Shown here: positions 27,871 to 39,265 of the stretch, in pieces | How positions within the stretch are numbered: the stretch's first letter is position 1 | Layout of the letters: the number at the start of each line of letters is the position of its first letter | Source of the DNA: an uncultured Acidobacteriota bacterium | GTDB taxonomy: Bacteria > Acidobacteriota > Vicinamibacteria > Vicinamibacterales > CAVVIG01 | Length of the DNA: 64,000 nt | Reading direction: 5' to 3' | NCBI GenBank assembly: GCA_963789965.1 | Contig: CAWBMO010000006.1 | Location: 402,136 to 466,135 of the forward strand | Made by a program: the position numbers and the translations under genes | The notes under the pieces: model-generated | Database searches by the model: none | Seen by the model: the letters and a program-made list of their open reading frames with translations, nothing else | What the model was told of the DNA's origin: nothing

Positions 27871-30323
27871 TATTCGTATCGCAGCGCCGTCACCGGATCG
27901 AGTCTGCTGGCCTGCCACGCCGGCCACAAAGACGCGCTAATCGCCACGGCGATCAACAGCAGCGTGACGGAGACCAGCGTCACTGGATCCGCGGGCCCGG
28001 TCTGAAAGAGCATGCTCCGGAGGAGCCTTCCGACCGCGAATGCACCGGCGAGTCCGAGCGTCAGCCCGATCCCCAGGTGAACGAGTCCGCGGCGCAGAAT
28101 CAACCAGGACACCTGCTTCGCTTCGGCGCCGAGTGCCATCCGCACGCCGATTTCCTGCGTTCGCTGGGTGACCGAATACGCCGTCACGGCAAACAACCCG
28201 ACCGCCGCCAGCACGATCGCGATGCCCGCGAAGGCTGAAAACATCGTCCCGAACACCCGCGCGAACCAGCGCTGCTGCGCCAGGTTTTCGTCCATCGTCT
28301 GCACGTTGTTCACGGCCAGGTCGGGGTCGAGCGCGAACATCTCCTTTCGAACGAGCGCCGCCAGTTCGCCCGGATTCGATCGCCCTCGCACGAGGATCAT
28401 GCCGCCACCCGGCCACGACAGATTCTGCACTTGCGGGATGTAGACGATTGCGGGGCGTTGAGGATCGTCTTGCCCGCCAGCCTGTCGCATGTTCGGCGCC
28501 ACGCCAACAATGGTCGCCCACTCGTATTTGAAGGCCCCTGACTCGTCCTTGAGGACGAATGCGCTGCCCGATTGGATCGGCATTCCCGAAGTACATGGAC
28601 GCGACGCGCTGATTGATGATGGCCACTTCTCGGCCAGACGTTCCGTCGTTCGGATCAAGGGTCGGCCGCGGAGCAGGCGCACGCCGAGCGCCTCGAAGTA
28701 CCGCGGGCCGACGCTCACCATCGCCGACGGTCTGCGGCATCTCGCCGGCCGGCGCGGGCTTGCCGTCGATCTCCAGCCTGCCGTGGAATGCCGCCGAACA
28801 TCGGCGGAATGGAGGTCGTACTGGCGGCGACAATCGAGCCGTTGGCGTTCAGGCGCTCCTCGCATGCGTCGCACGAAACCAACGCGCACGTCCCGGCCGA
28901 CGTACTTCCGGCTCGGCAGGATGAACGACATCGTGAGCAGGCGCGAGGTGTCGAAGCCGACGTCCTGCCGGTACATGTTCACGAAGCTGCGCATCATGAA
29001 CCCGGCGCCCGGCGAGCAGCACTAACGTGAGCGCGAGCTGCGTCACGATGAGGGCCGTCGTCCAGCGGCGGGCGCGCAGGCCGCCCGTGCCCGACCGTCC
29101 TCCTTCCTTCAGCACCTCGTTGACGTTGGTCTTCGAGATGTGCAGCGCCGGCGCCAGGCCGAACAACATCGCCGGTCAGCAGGCAGACACCGGCGATGAA
29201 CGCGAACACGCTGCGGGTCCATCGTGAAGGTCATCCAGTACGGCTTGCCGATATTCTGCGTTTCGCCGTCGAACCACCGGATGAGCAGCATCGCGAAGCC
29301 CGAGACCGACGACGCCGCTGATGAACGCCAGGAGGACGCTCTCCACGAGGAGCTGTCGAACAATGCGCCATCTCGTCGCGCCGAGGGAGACGCGGACCGC
29401 GATCTCGCGCGTTCGGTGCGCCGCCCGCGCCAGCAGCAGGTTGGCGACGTTCGAGCAGGCGATGAGCAGGACGAACGCGACCGCGCCCATCAGCGACCAG
29501 AAGATCGTCTTGATCTGCGACCCGATCATGCGGTCGAGAAACGGGGTCACCACCGCCGTGATGTCCTTGTTGGTGTCAGGATACTGCTGCGCGAGCTGTG
29601 CGGCGATATTGGACATCTCACTGCGCGCCTGCTCGAGGGTGACACCGTCGGCGAGGCGACCGTACGACGACGTACGCCTCGAACCTGACGTCCGCGGCCC
29701 GAAGCGCGGCGGGAAGTGCGTGATCGGCACCCAGACTTCGTGCTGGAACGGCCACTTGAAGCCGTCGGGCATGACACCGACGATCGTGGCGGGCAGGGCG
29801 TTAATGCTGACGGCCTTCCCGATGACGCCGGGATCCGACGCGTAGCGCGATCGCCAGACGCCGCCGCTGATCAACACCACGGGCGGCGCGTCACTGGCGC
29901 ATCGTCTTGCGGGACGAAGCCGCGGCCGAGTACGGGTTTGACGCCAATGACGTCGAACGCGTTGGCGGAGATGAACCCACCTGGATACGACTCCGGCAGC
30001 CGGTCGTCGGCGCTGATGATCATGGTGCCCGTTCTGCACGAGCGTCATGCCGGCAGAATGTGCGACTGGCGCGGACGCCAGTCCTCGAAATCCTGTGGCG
30101 ACACGCCAGACCTCCGGCCGCGCGTGTCCTGCGTGTCGATCCACATGATTCGCTCGGGTGCGTCGAATGGAAGCCCGCGCAGCAGGACCGCATTGACCAG
30201 CGTGAACACGGCGCTGTTGGCGCCGATGCCGAGCGCCAGGGCGACGATCGCCGCGAGTGTGAACCACCGATCCTTGACCAGCCGACGAACGGCGAACCGC
30301 AGGTCCTGTAGGAGGCTTTGCAT
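27870..30323 (-). pseudogene. MacB/ADOP-type ABC permease (paralog 2), heavily frameshifted
   Basis: Recognisable permease segments are spread over at least six overlapping ORFs in different frames: 30045-30404, 29176-30267, 29109-29363, 28994-29209, 28849-29169, and 27937-28833 / 27870-28997. Confidence 0.85.
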
Positions 30324-30324
30324 A

Positions 30325-31035
<711 letters not shown>

Positions 31036-31055
31036 GGTGACCTCTCGTGCGGTGG

Positions 31056-32306
31056 TTACTGCAGTCGAACGCGATCGTACGCATCCCAGGCGGACATATC
31101 CGACAACACGACCTGATCACCGGCGTTCAGGCCGGACATGAGCTCCACTTTGTCGACCGACATGCGGCCGATCTTGGCTTGGGTACGCGAGGCGGTCCCG
31201 TCAGGATCGAGCTTGAACACACCGACCGTGCTCTGCTCCTGCCCCAGGGCGGGGCGCCCCACAAACAGCACATTGGTCAACCGCTCCAGCTCGATCGTGC
31301 CGTCGACGGTCAGGTCGGGACGCGCGCCTTTCGGCAACGCGCCGTCGAGCGTGACATCGACCGTCACCGTGCCGTTCTGCACCGAGGGGTCGATGCGCAC
31401 GACCTTGCCGTCCACGAGACCATTGCGTGTATCGATCGAGACAGGCTGGCCGATCTGGATGTCCTTGGCCTGCGTTTCCGCAATCTTCAGCTCGGCCTTG
31501 AGTCTCGAGGGATCCGCGACGCGGGCGAGGTTCGTGCCGGGTCCGACCTGCTGCCCGACTTCGACCGGCACGAGCTGCAGCACGCCGGCGAGGCCCGCGC
31601 GCACGCGCAGCTCGTCGACCTGCCGTTGCTTCAACGCCATCACGGCGCGAATCTGGTCGAGATCGGATTGCTGCACCGCCAGCCGCGACTCCATCGATTC
31701 GCTGTCCTTGGCGAGCTGCTGCTGCGCGATGGCCAGACGTGACGCCAGCAGGTCTTTGTCCAGCCGCGACTGCTGCAGCGTGAGCGTCGAGACGAGCTGC
31801 TTGTCGGCGAGCTGCGTGTTGATTTCCGCCTGGAGCGACGCCTTCTTGAAGTCCGCCTCGATGATCGCCGTCGAGGCCTGCTGCTGGAGGTGGCTGTTCT
31901 CGAGCTGCACGCGCAGGTTGACCAGGCTGGCGTCCGCCGACTTCACCTTCAATTGCGCGTCGTTCAATTCCTGTTCGAGGGCGGGGTTGCTGAGCTCGAG
32001 GATGATGGTGCCCGGGGCGACTTCCGAGCCCGGTTTCACGATGATCCGCTCGACCCGTCCACTGGTCGTCGCGGGAATCCACCGGAGGTCCTCCGGCACC
32101 AGCGTGCCGGTCCCGCGCACTTGCCGGATCATGGACCCGCGCTGGACGGTATCAATCCACAACGTCGCCCGGTCGACACCCGGGGCGGCCGGCTTCAGCC
32201 GGGAAACCCCGACGCCCATGACCAGCACGACCACCACCGCGCTGGCCGCATACCGGAGCTGGCGGGTGCGTTTACGTTTCAGGCTGTCCGGTCGGACGAT
32301 ATCCAT
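31056..32306 (-). CDS. HlyD/MacA-family periplasmic adaptor (efflux membrane-fusion protein)
   Basis: N-terminal TM segment, GRVERIIVKPGSEV lipoyl-like motif, long coiled-coil, beta-barrel C-terminus. It heads the operon with the ATPase and permeases. Confidence 0.9.
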   Translation of the reverse strand: MDIVRPDSLKRKRTRQLRYAASAVVVVLVMGVGVSRLKPAAPGVDRATLWIDTVQRGSMIRQVRGTGTLVPEDLRWIPATTSGRVERIIVKPGSEVAPGTIILELSNPALEQELNDAQLKVKSADASLVNLRVQLENSHLQQQASTAIIEADFKKASLQAEINTQLADKQLVSTLTLQQSRLDKDLLASRLAIAQQQLAKDSESMESRLAVQQSDLDQIRAVMALKQRQVDELRVRAGLAGVLQLVPVEVGQQVGPGTNLARVADPSRLKAELKIAETQAKDIQIGQPVSIDTRNGLVDGKVVRIDPSVQNGTVTVDVTLDGALPKGARPDLTVDGTIELERLTNVLFVGRPALGQEQSTVGVFKLDPDGTASRTQAKIGRMSVDKVELMSGLNAGDQVVLSDMSAWDAYDRVRLQ

Positions 32307-32553
32307 AACGCGAAGCCCGGGCGCCGACGTATCCTGTGTTTGTTAGATACCCGCCATCCTACAGTAGCCAGCGTCAGGCGGGCGGAATTCTTGTCACCAC
32401 GTCAGCCGTCCGCGGGTTTCATCAGCTTCGCAGATGACGCCGCCGCGTTCTGGGCGGCGGACGTGTCGGTTAACCCTTGTGCCACGCCTTGCGACGTTGC
32501 GCGCACTGCAACCGGCGGCGGCGTACGCTGCCAACAAGAGAACCTGCAGGAGG

Positions 32554-32760
32554 CTACCGAACCACAAAATTCGCGGTCACGCGAATACTCATGTCTACCG
32601 GGATGCCATCAAGTTGTATTGGCGTGAACTGCCAATAGCGCAGGGCGTCAACGGTTGCATGGCCGAAATCGGGATCTGCAGGCTCGAGGACTCGGAGATC
32701 CCTGACGAGTCCATCCGTTCCAACGCGACCTTCTGACTCGCTCCGCGTCCCGGCTAACAA
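32554..32760 (-). pseudogene. TonB C-terminal domain fragment
   Basis: FGHATVDALRYWQFTPIQLDGIPVDMSIRVTANFVV resembles TonB_C. There is no proline-rich or TM part, and the ORF's first codons lie inside the GTTAGC iteron repeat. Confidence 0.45.
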
Positions 32761-32770
32761 AAGCTAACGT
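32752..32770. repeat. GTTAGC iteron copy A4 (GGCTAACAAAAGCTAACGT)
   Basis: Reverse complement of ACGTTAGCTTTTGTTAGCC, which is identical to 18241-18259. Confidence 0.65.
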
Positions 32771-32798
32771 CAATGTGAAACGATCTTGACTTCGACAT

Positions 32799-32850
32799 TC
32801 TCCTTGACTGTCTAGGAGAGGTGCGATACCGTTCGCCTAGACGATCTAGG
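32799..32850 (+). promoter_or_regulatory. Putative PadR operator palindromes upstream of padR copy B
   Basis: TCTCCTTGACTGTCTAGGAGA (32799-32819) and CCTAGACGATCTAGG (32836-32850), just upstream of GGAGGG and GTG 32861. Confidence 0.4.
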
Positions 32851-32860
32851 AGGGCCGCAG

Positions 32861-33202
32861 GTGGGCAAGCCAGCCGACCTCTTTCAAGGCACGCTCGACA
32901 TGCTGATTCTCAAAGCCGTGTCGCTCGGCGCGTTGCACGGCTACGGCATTCTCTTAAGGATTCAGCAGATTTCGAACGATCGCCTGGAGATCCAGCAGGG
33001 CTCCCTCTATCCCGCACTGTACCGGCTCGAGCATCAGGGGCTCATCGCGAGTGAATGGGGCGAATCGGACAACAAGCGCAAAGCGAAGTTTTACCGTCTC
33101 ACGCCTGCGGGACGACGTCAGCTGCAAGAGTCGGCGCGGACCTGGAACGAGATGACCGACATCATCGGCGGCATCCTCGGTACTCAACCAGAGGAAGTGT
33201 GA
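32861..33202 (+). CDS. padR: PadR-family transcriptional regulator, copy B
   Basis: 113 aa, differing from copy A at one visible residue (QESARTW vs QEAARTW). Confidence 0.9.
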   Translation: MGKPADLFQGTLDMLILKAVSLGALHGYGILLRIQQISNDRLEIQQGSLYPALYRLEHQGLIASEWGESDNKRKAKFYRLTPAGRRQLQESARTWNEMTDIIGGILGTQPEEV

Positions 33203-35826
33203 GATTCCTCGCCCGGCTGCGCTCCTGGGCCCGATCAGCTCTGCATCGCTCGCGGTTGGAGCGGGAGATCGACGACGAGCTTCGCTTTCATGTCGAGCGA
33301 TATACCGACGATCTCGTTCGTCAGGGACTGACGGTCGCGGCAGCAAGACGCCGCGCGCACGTCGAATTCGGTGGCATCGAGGCGCGCAAAGAGGAGATGC
33401 GTGAGGCGCTCGGCTTGCGTCTGCTCGACGAGGTGACCGGCCATCTCCGCTACGCGTTCCGGCAGCTGCGCCGATCGCCGGCGTTCACCGCCGTTGCCGT
33501 CCTGTCCCTTGCGCTCGGTATTGGCGGGACCACAGCAGTCTTCGGAGTGGTCGACGTCCTGCTGATTCGGCCGCTGCCGTACCCGGATTCGGATCGACTC
33601 CTTGAGGTGGGGACAGAGCAAACGCCTTCTCGGCAGAGGGTTCCGCGCCTCAGCGGAGAAGCCTTCCAGGCGCTTCGCCATGAGACGCAGGTCTTCTCGG
33701 CAGTCGAGGCCTATCAGTTCGGCGCCGCAACGCTAACGGGCGACGGCGAGCCCGCCCTTGTCAGCGCTCCGCGAGTGTCTCCTGGTCTCCTCCGAGTGTT
33801 GGGCGTCGCGCCTCGGCTCGGACGCGTGTTTGATGAAGGCGACGCGGCTTCAGGAGCACACGCGGCGCTCATCAGTGAAGGCCTGTGGACGAGACGATTT
33901 GGCCGGGCCGACGACATTATTGGCCGCCGCCTCTCGATTGACGATGAGCCGCACGTGATCGTCGGCGTCCTGCCAGCCCGCTTCGCATTTCCGGAGCAAC
34001 GCGTTGAAGTATGGCGGCCTCTCATTCTCAATGCGGTGCAGGGTCTCCCCGGGCGTGTACAAACAGTCGTCATGCTTCGACCCGAGACGAGCCGAGAGGC
34101 TACGAACGCGCAGCTCAAAGCCATCTCGACGCGCTTGCAGGATGACGCGATCCTGTCCCGTAATACTGACCTGGTCTTCGAGGACCTTCTTCAGCGCCGG
34201 TACGGCCGTCAATACGGCACAGCGCTATACGTGATGCTGGGCGCCGTTGGCTTCGTACTTCTCGTCGCCTGTGTGAACGTAACCAATCTCCTCCTGGCTC
34301 GGGGGACTGCCCGTCGTGGTGAGTTCGCGCTCATGGGAGCGTTGGGTGCCAGCCGCGCCCAGCTTGTCGCCCAAGCACTGACTGAGAGCCTCGGCCTTGC
34401 CGCCTTGGCCGGTGTGGGCGGTGTGCTGATCGCTCACCTGCTCCTCGCGACGATCCTGGATCTGCTTCCACCGCAGATGACTATGCTCTCGGCCGCCGCG
34501 ATGCTGGACTGGCGTGCGTTGGCGTTTGCCGTGTGCGTGTCCACCATCACATGTCTGGCTGTCGGCATCCTTCCGGCTCTGCGCATGGCCGGGACGGATC
34601 CTATCGAGGGCCTCAGGGGGCAAGCGCCGGGCACTCTTGACCGAGGCGGCGAGCGGTGGCAATCCGCTCTCGTGGTGGCGCAGCTGGCCTTGGTGGTGGT
34701 GCTCCTGACGGGTGCGGGGCTGCTGCTGCGCAGCTTCATCCGCCTCGTCAACGTCGAGCCTGGCTTCGACGCGACGAATCTGCTGGTCTTTACGATTCAG
34801 CTACCCGATGCCCGCTACCAGGCGCCTGGCTCATCCCTCATGCTGTTCGAGGACCTGGATGGGCTCGTCGAAGGAGGACCTGGTGTGAGTCGCGCCACGT
34901 TCTCGGAGGGTGCTCCGCCAACCGGAGGGAGCTTCTCGTTTGACATCCGACCTGAGGCCGAGGGTCGGCCCCGCGTCGATGCACAGGGCCTCGAGTTGCC
35001 GCACTCGAGAGTGGCGCCGGACTACTTTGCGACGATGGGCATTCCTCTGGTGGAGGGACGCTCATTTGCGAGAGATGATTCCGAGGACGTGGTGATCGTG
35101 AATGATCTTCTCGCGCGCCGATTTTGGGGCACCGAATCCCCGGTCGGGCGCCGATTCCGCCTCGACGCAACGCAGCCATGGCACACCGTGGTTGGCGTGG
35201 CCAGAGATGTGAAGCAGATGGGGCTGAACGATCCGATGGGCGACGGCATGGAGCTGTACTTCCCGTACCAGCGACGAACGGGCGCCCGATTTTTTACGTT
35301 CATCGTCCGAGTCAGCGGAAACGAAGCAGCCGTCGTGCGGCAAGTCAAGGAGCGTCTGTGGACGCTTGACGCTCGCCTCCCCATCATCGAAGCGACGACC
35401 ATGGAGCAACGTATTGTCGAATCGGTCGCGAGGCCTCGGTTCTTCCTTCGGCTCGGGTCGGCCTTTGCAGGAATGGCGCTCCTGCTGGCCGGCGTTGGCG
35501 TCTATGGGACTGCTGCTTACTGGGTCGCGCGTCGGCGACGCGAACTCGGTATACGGATCGCTCTTGGGGCGACCCGCAAGGCCGTGCTCGCGTTGGTGGT
35601 TGGACGGAGTGTCCGTCTCGCGGTTTGGGGGTGTGCGATCGGGTTGGTCGCATCGCTCACGGTGACGAGGGTTCTTACTTCGCTCATGTTTGAGACCAGC
35701 CCTCGCGAGCCGACCATCCTGGTCGGGGTGACGGTGCTCCTCACAGGAATTGTGCTGACCGCCTCGTTCCTGCCTGCCCTTTGGGCGAGCAGCGTCGACC
35801 CTGCGACCGTATTGCGAGCCGAATAA
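33199..35826 (+). CDS. ADOP-family MacB-like ABC permease, copy B
   Basis: GTG 33199 overlaps the padR stop (GTGTGA). 875 aa with no indels and about 50 substitutions relative to copy A by eye. The track's longer ORF from 33055 overlaps padR and is rejected. Confidence 0.9.
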   Translation: MRFLARLRSWARSALHRSRLEREIDDELRFHVERYTDDLVRQGLTVAAARRRAHVEFGGIEARKEEMREALGLRLLDEVTGHLRYAFRQLRRSPAFTAVAVLSLALGIGGTTAVFGVVDVLLIRPLPYPDSDRLLEVGTEQTPSRQRVPRLSGEAFQALRHETQVFSAVEAYQFGAATLTGDGEPALVSAPRVSPGLLRVLGVAPRLGRVFDEGDAASGAHAALISEGLWTRRFGRADDIIGRRLSIDDEPHVIVGVLPARFAFPEQRVEVWRPLILNAVQGLPGRVQTVVMLRPETSREATNAQLKAISTRLQDDAILSRNTDLVFEDLLQRRYGRQYGTALYVMLGAVGFVLLVACVNVTNLLLARGTARRGEFALMGALGASRAQLVAQALTESLGLAALAGVGGVLIAHLLLATILDLLPPQMTMLSAAAMLDWRALAFAVCVSTITCLAVGILPALRMAGTDPIEGLRGQAPGTLDRGGERWQSALVVAQLALVVVLLTGAGLLLRSFIRLVNVEPGFDATNLLVFTIQLPDARYQAPGSSLMLFEDLDGLVEGGPGVSRATFSEGAPPTGGSFSFDIRPEAEGRPRVDAQGLELPHSRVAPDYFATMGIPLVEGRSFARDDSEDVVIVNDLLARRFWGTESPVGRRFRLDATQPWHTVVGVARDVKQMGLNDPMGDGMELYFPYQRRTGARFFTFIVRVSGNEAAVVRQVKERLWTLDARLPIIEATTMEQRIVESVARPRFFLRLGSAFAGMALLLAGVGVYGTAAYWVARRRRELGIRIALGATRKAVLALVVGRSVRLAVWGCAIGLVASLTVTRVLTSLMFETSPREPTILVGVTVLLTGIVLTASFLPALWASSVDPATVLRAE

Positions 35827-35939
35827 GGACCGCATAAACATCCGGCTTGAAACAGTCGGACGATCAACCCCAGGTGCCCACAATGCTGGGCCATCCGGGG
35901 AGCTGAATAGAGTTCTGTACCGCTGGTAAAATACGACCT

Positions 35940-36692
35940 ATGGCCTCGAAGCTTGTTCGCGAGATGTCTGCAGACGACCTGTACGATCGCTGGTCGCATC
36001 ACATTGCGGTAATCGCCGATGACGTCCTGGCCTTGCTCACCTCCAGGGCGCGGTTTCAGGCGCTATTCCGGAAGTTGCCCAAACACTTGATGGACGATGA
36101 AGAATCGGCCGATGCTCTCCGCTGGCTGCTTTCTCTGTGGGGTACTGAGGCGTTCATGGCTGTCAGGCGCGAGCTGGACGACCAAGCTGGCGTCATCAAT
36201 CTACGCCACCTGCTCTATGAGATCGAGCAGCGTCCCGACGTGATGACCCGACAGCGTTTTATGGACCGGGCCTGTTCTCTGGCCTGCTGGTGCCACCATC
36301 CAAAAGAAAAGGAGACTACCACAGGACACTTCGAGTCGTTTGAGCTGATGCGCTTCATTGGTGTCTATGGCGACGAGGCCCACGACTATATCCACCCTGG
36401 TTTCGTTGGCCAGGACCGCGCCCTGTTGGAGCACGAATCAGCTGCCGTATTCAGGTACGCTCAACTCCTCGTAGCGCATCGGACACCGAAACAGGATCTC
36501 AACATTCAGGTATCGACCTTGAACGAAGCAATCGACGCGATTGAGTATCTCGTTCGAAAGTACTACCTGCTTTTGAATTCTGAAGTACTGACTCCTAAGC
36601 GCGTCCGCGCTCCGCGCGGCTGGCAAAGGACTTTCGTCAAAGTCTGGAACAGGCCACCCGAGACCGCAGGCGTCGTCGTGGGCTCAACGTGA
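35940..36692 (+). CDS. Hypothetical protein (250 aa), lower GC
   Basis: Clean ORF convergent with terL; no motif recognised. Confidence 0.5.
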   Translation: MASKLVREMSADDLYDRWSHHIAVIADDVLALLTSRARFQALFRKLPKHLMDDEESADALRWLLSLWGTEAFMAVRRELDDQAGVINLRHLLYEIEQRPDVMTRQRFMDRACSLACWCHHPKEKETTTGHFESFELMRFIGVYGDEAHDYIHPGFVGQDRALLEHESAAVFRYAQLLVAHRTPKQDLNIQVSTLNEAIDAIEYLVRKYYLLLNSEVLTPKRVRAPRGWQRTFVKVWNRPPETAGVVVGST

Positions 36693-36786
36693 CGAGTGCA
36701 TCAAACCGCCCGGCCGAGAACCGACAGCCGGGGAACTCGCCATGCTGCGTATCGATCGAAGGCGGAGGCCGCCGGTTCCTCAGCCA

Positions 36787-38460
36787 CTATCCCATCCATC
36801 CCAGGCCTGAGTCATCCCGAACCCCGCGGCATCCCTCGAATCGCCTGCGGCGCCCTTCCTTGTGCTTCACCCGGAGCTGGCTCACCACCGGCGCGGCGAA
36901 CGTCATGCACAGGGCGTCGGCATCGTCCGGGCTGGCCAGGTTTCGTGCCTTCATGTGGTCCTTCGACTCCAGGATCAGCCGGTCCTTCTTGTCATGGTCG
37001 TAGCCCGGCCCGGTCAGGTCTTGCTCCAGGATCGGGTCGGCGTCAATCGCCCCGCGCGCCAGCCACTCCCGGCATTTCCCCCACATGTAGGCCCGCATGT
37101 TCGCGTACTTCGGATTGGGCGACTCCCCACCGAACTGCACCTCGAACACCCGGCTCTCATACCCGAGCTGCACCAACCGGTCGTAGAGCGGTCCTCCGAT
37201 GCCCGTCGCGTCGATGAACAGCATCGCCACCTGACGCCCCTCGTACCGGCTGTCCAGGATATCCGCGGCCTTGGTAATCAGCCGCATCGAGTCCCGGCAC
37301 TCCTCACCCGGTATTTTCACGGCCTTGATCGACCGCGCGTCAGGCCCGCGCCGGAACCGGAAGACGCTGGTGTCGGCCCCGCCCCTGGCGACGTCGAGCG
37401 CACACACCAGCGGGTCGTCTGCGAAGGGCTCGACCTGTCGCTGCTGGGCCGCGTGCACGAGGTCTGTCGCCATGAACTGCAGGTCCGACGCCCTGGGCGG
37501 CACCCCTCGGACGCGCACGCGGAAGAAGTCACTGTCCTCGCCCTTGTCTTCCTCCCACTCCTTGATGAGCGCCTGGTTGGCAAAGCGTGAGGTCCGGCTG
37601 TCGACCACCACCGTATCCCACCGCCCACGGAGCGCTCCGAAGCACACGTGGTGAAAGCGGCCGGTACTCCTGGTGGGGTTCCCGAACAGGAAGATCATCG
37701 GCTCTCCGTCCGTCAGGCCACCCTCCTCGACGTCATGGATGATGTCCGGGACGCTGCTGTCTTCGTCGTTGATGTAGAACGAGGTGCTATCGGCCGCGTG
37801 CTGGCCGGCGAACGCCTCCGAGTTCTGCTCGTTGCAGGTCTGGGGCGTGCAGAACCAGCTGTCCTTGTGGCCGATGTAGTACATCCGGTCCATGTTGATG
37901 GCGAACCACTGCGCGGTGATACACAGCTTCGTCCACCGCTGCACGGCCGCCCAGGTCTTCGTTTGGAGCTGGGTCGAGGTATTCGCCGTCACGGTGCCCT
38001 GCGCGTGCGGACGGGTCGACATGATCCAGTCAACCAGCCAGGCCGCCATGACGCTCCCCCCGACGCCGTGGCCCTTACTGACCGCCATGCGAATCGGCGG
38101 GCAGGGCGTCAGACCATTGAACCGGTGCGCCCGCACCCGGTCTCGGAGCCGCTCCAGGAACGCGAGCTGCCAGACGTCCGGCCCGTCGTGGTGTTCGAGC
38201 GGCCCGCCTTTCTTCTTCCAGGGGTACGCCCCGTAGACGAACGCGACCGGGTCGTTGTGCCACTCGCCGATCATCCGAGCGAGAGCCCGATGGCGGTCGA
38301 CGGCCGCCGCGGCTTTAATGTCCGGTGGCACCTGGCCACGGCTCATGGTTTCAGGCTCGCGGCCGCGGCGACCGCCATCCTCGTGAACTCGGGCCGTCCA
38401 CGCGCCCATAGCCGAGAGGTCTGGAGCGGCGCCGCCGGTGTTCTCTCGCTTCGGTGACAC
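36787..38460 (-). CDS. terL: Phage terminase large subunit
   Basis: P-loop-like AVSKGHGVGGS, acidic Walker-B-like FYINDEDS, and a C-terminal RNaseH-like nuclease with FIDATGIGGPLYDRL and DDADALCM. It lies 4 nt downstream of terS. Confidence 0.75.
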   Translation of the reverse strand: MSPKRENTGGAAPDLSAMGAWTARVHEDGGRRGREPETMSRGQVPPDIKAAAAVDRHRALARMIGEWHNDPVAFVYGAYPWKKKGGPLEHHDGPDVWQLAFLERLRDRVRAHRFNGLTPCPPIRMAVSKGHGVGGSVMAAWLVDWIMSTRPHAQGTVTANTSTQLQTKTWAAVQRWTKLCITAQWFAINMDRMYYIGHKDSWFCTPQTCNEQNSEAFAGQHAADSTSFYINDEDSSVPDIIHDVEEGGLTDGEPMIFLFGNPTRSTGRFHHVCFGALRGRWDTVVVDSRTSRFANQALIKEWEEDKGEDSDFFRVRVRGVPPRASDLQFMATDLVHAAQQRQVEPFADDPLVCALDVARGGADTSVFRFRRGPDARSIKAVKIPGEECRDSMRLITKAADILDSRYEGRQVAMLFIDATGIGGPLYDRLVQLGYESRVFEVQFGGESPNPKYANMRAYMWGKCREWLARGAIDADPILEQDLTGPGYDHDKKDRLILESKDHMKARNLASPDDADALCMTFAAPVVSQLRVKHKEGRRRRFEGCRGVRDDSGLGWMG

Positions 38461-38464
38461 GTCT

Positions 38465-39091
38465 TCATTCTTTCTGGCCTTTCTTCACATCGACCATCGG
38501 GAGGGCCTTCGTGGCTCTCTTCGCCTCGCTCACCCGGAGCCGTGCCGCTTTCAGAATCTCGATGATGTCCTCCGAGGCGTTGACCTCGACGCGATCCACG
38601 AGCAACCCGAAGTATTTGGCGGCCATTTCCACATACTGCGCCCGTGGCTCGAGCTTCACCTTCAACACTTCGTCGGTCACGCCGTCGCCCGCCTTCGCGT
38701 TCTTGAGGATGACCTCGAAGCTCGTGATGAGGTACGCCTGCCGTGCCGTCAGCGTGTCAAGGGGCCTCACGTGGCCGTGCCAATCGAATAGGTCTCGCAC
38801 GTCCGCATCCAACGCGCGGTCAATCGCCAGCAGTACTTTCTCGGCCCTCAGGTCGAGTTGCTCGAGCTTGTCCTTCGCGCGGGCCGCGAGTCTTTGGCGA
38901 ACTTTCGGGTTGGCCATCAGCTTGGCGGCGGCGACCTTGGCGCCCTCCGCCTGGTCCGAGTAGCCGGCCTTCCGGGCCGAGGCGGCCCCGTTGAGCGTCA
39001 CCAGATACTCAGCGATGAAGCGGAGCTGTCTCTCAGTGAGGGGGCGTTCCTTCCGGCGCGGCGTGGGGGTGGGTTTCGGCGTCCCAGCCAT
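38465..39091 (-). CDS. terS: Phage terminase small subunit (Terminase_2/P27-like)
   Basis: LTERQLRFIAEYLVTLNGAASARKAGYSDQAEGAKVAAAKLMANPKV matches the classic terS N-terminal HTH block. Confidence 0.75.
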   Translation of the reverse strand: MAGTPKPTPTPRRKERPLTERQLRFIAEYLVTLNGAASARKAGYSDQAEGAKVAAAKLMANPKVRQRLAARAKDKLEQLDLRAEKVLLAIDRALDADVRDLFDWHGHVRPLDTLTARQAYLITSFEVILKNAKAGDGVTDEVLKVKLEPRAQYVEMAAKYFGLLVDRVEVNASEDIIEILKAARLRVSEAKRATKALPMVDVKKGQKE

Positions 39092-39265
39092 TACCGGTCA
39101 CTCCCACGACGCTCGTGTCGTCGTGCTGGCCGTCCGCTGATCCCACCCCCGCGATGTTCATCAAGGTTCGCGGGCCGCAGGCCCAGGCTTAACCAGTTGC
39201 GAAACTCGTCCCATACACCCCGCCAATCTTCGCTCAGGCTTGCCACGTTGTTGAGCCACACGCGT

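Noticed and set aside
33055-33198. N-terminal extension of ADOP copy B given by the ORF track (start 33055).
   Set aside because: The extension overlaps padR in another frame and has no counterpart in copy A. GTG 33199 reproduces the copy-A N-terminus and the stop/start overlap.
38858-39265. N-terminal extension of the CoA-ligase ORF (742-aa version).
   Set aside because: The extra 136 codons are antisense to terS and Arg-rich. Family similarity begins near 39266.
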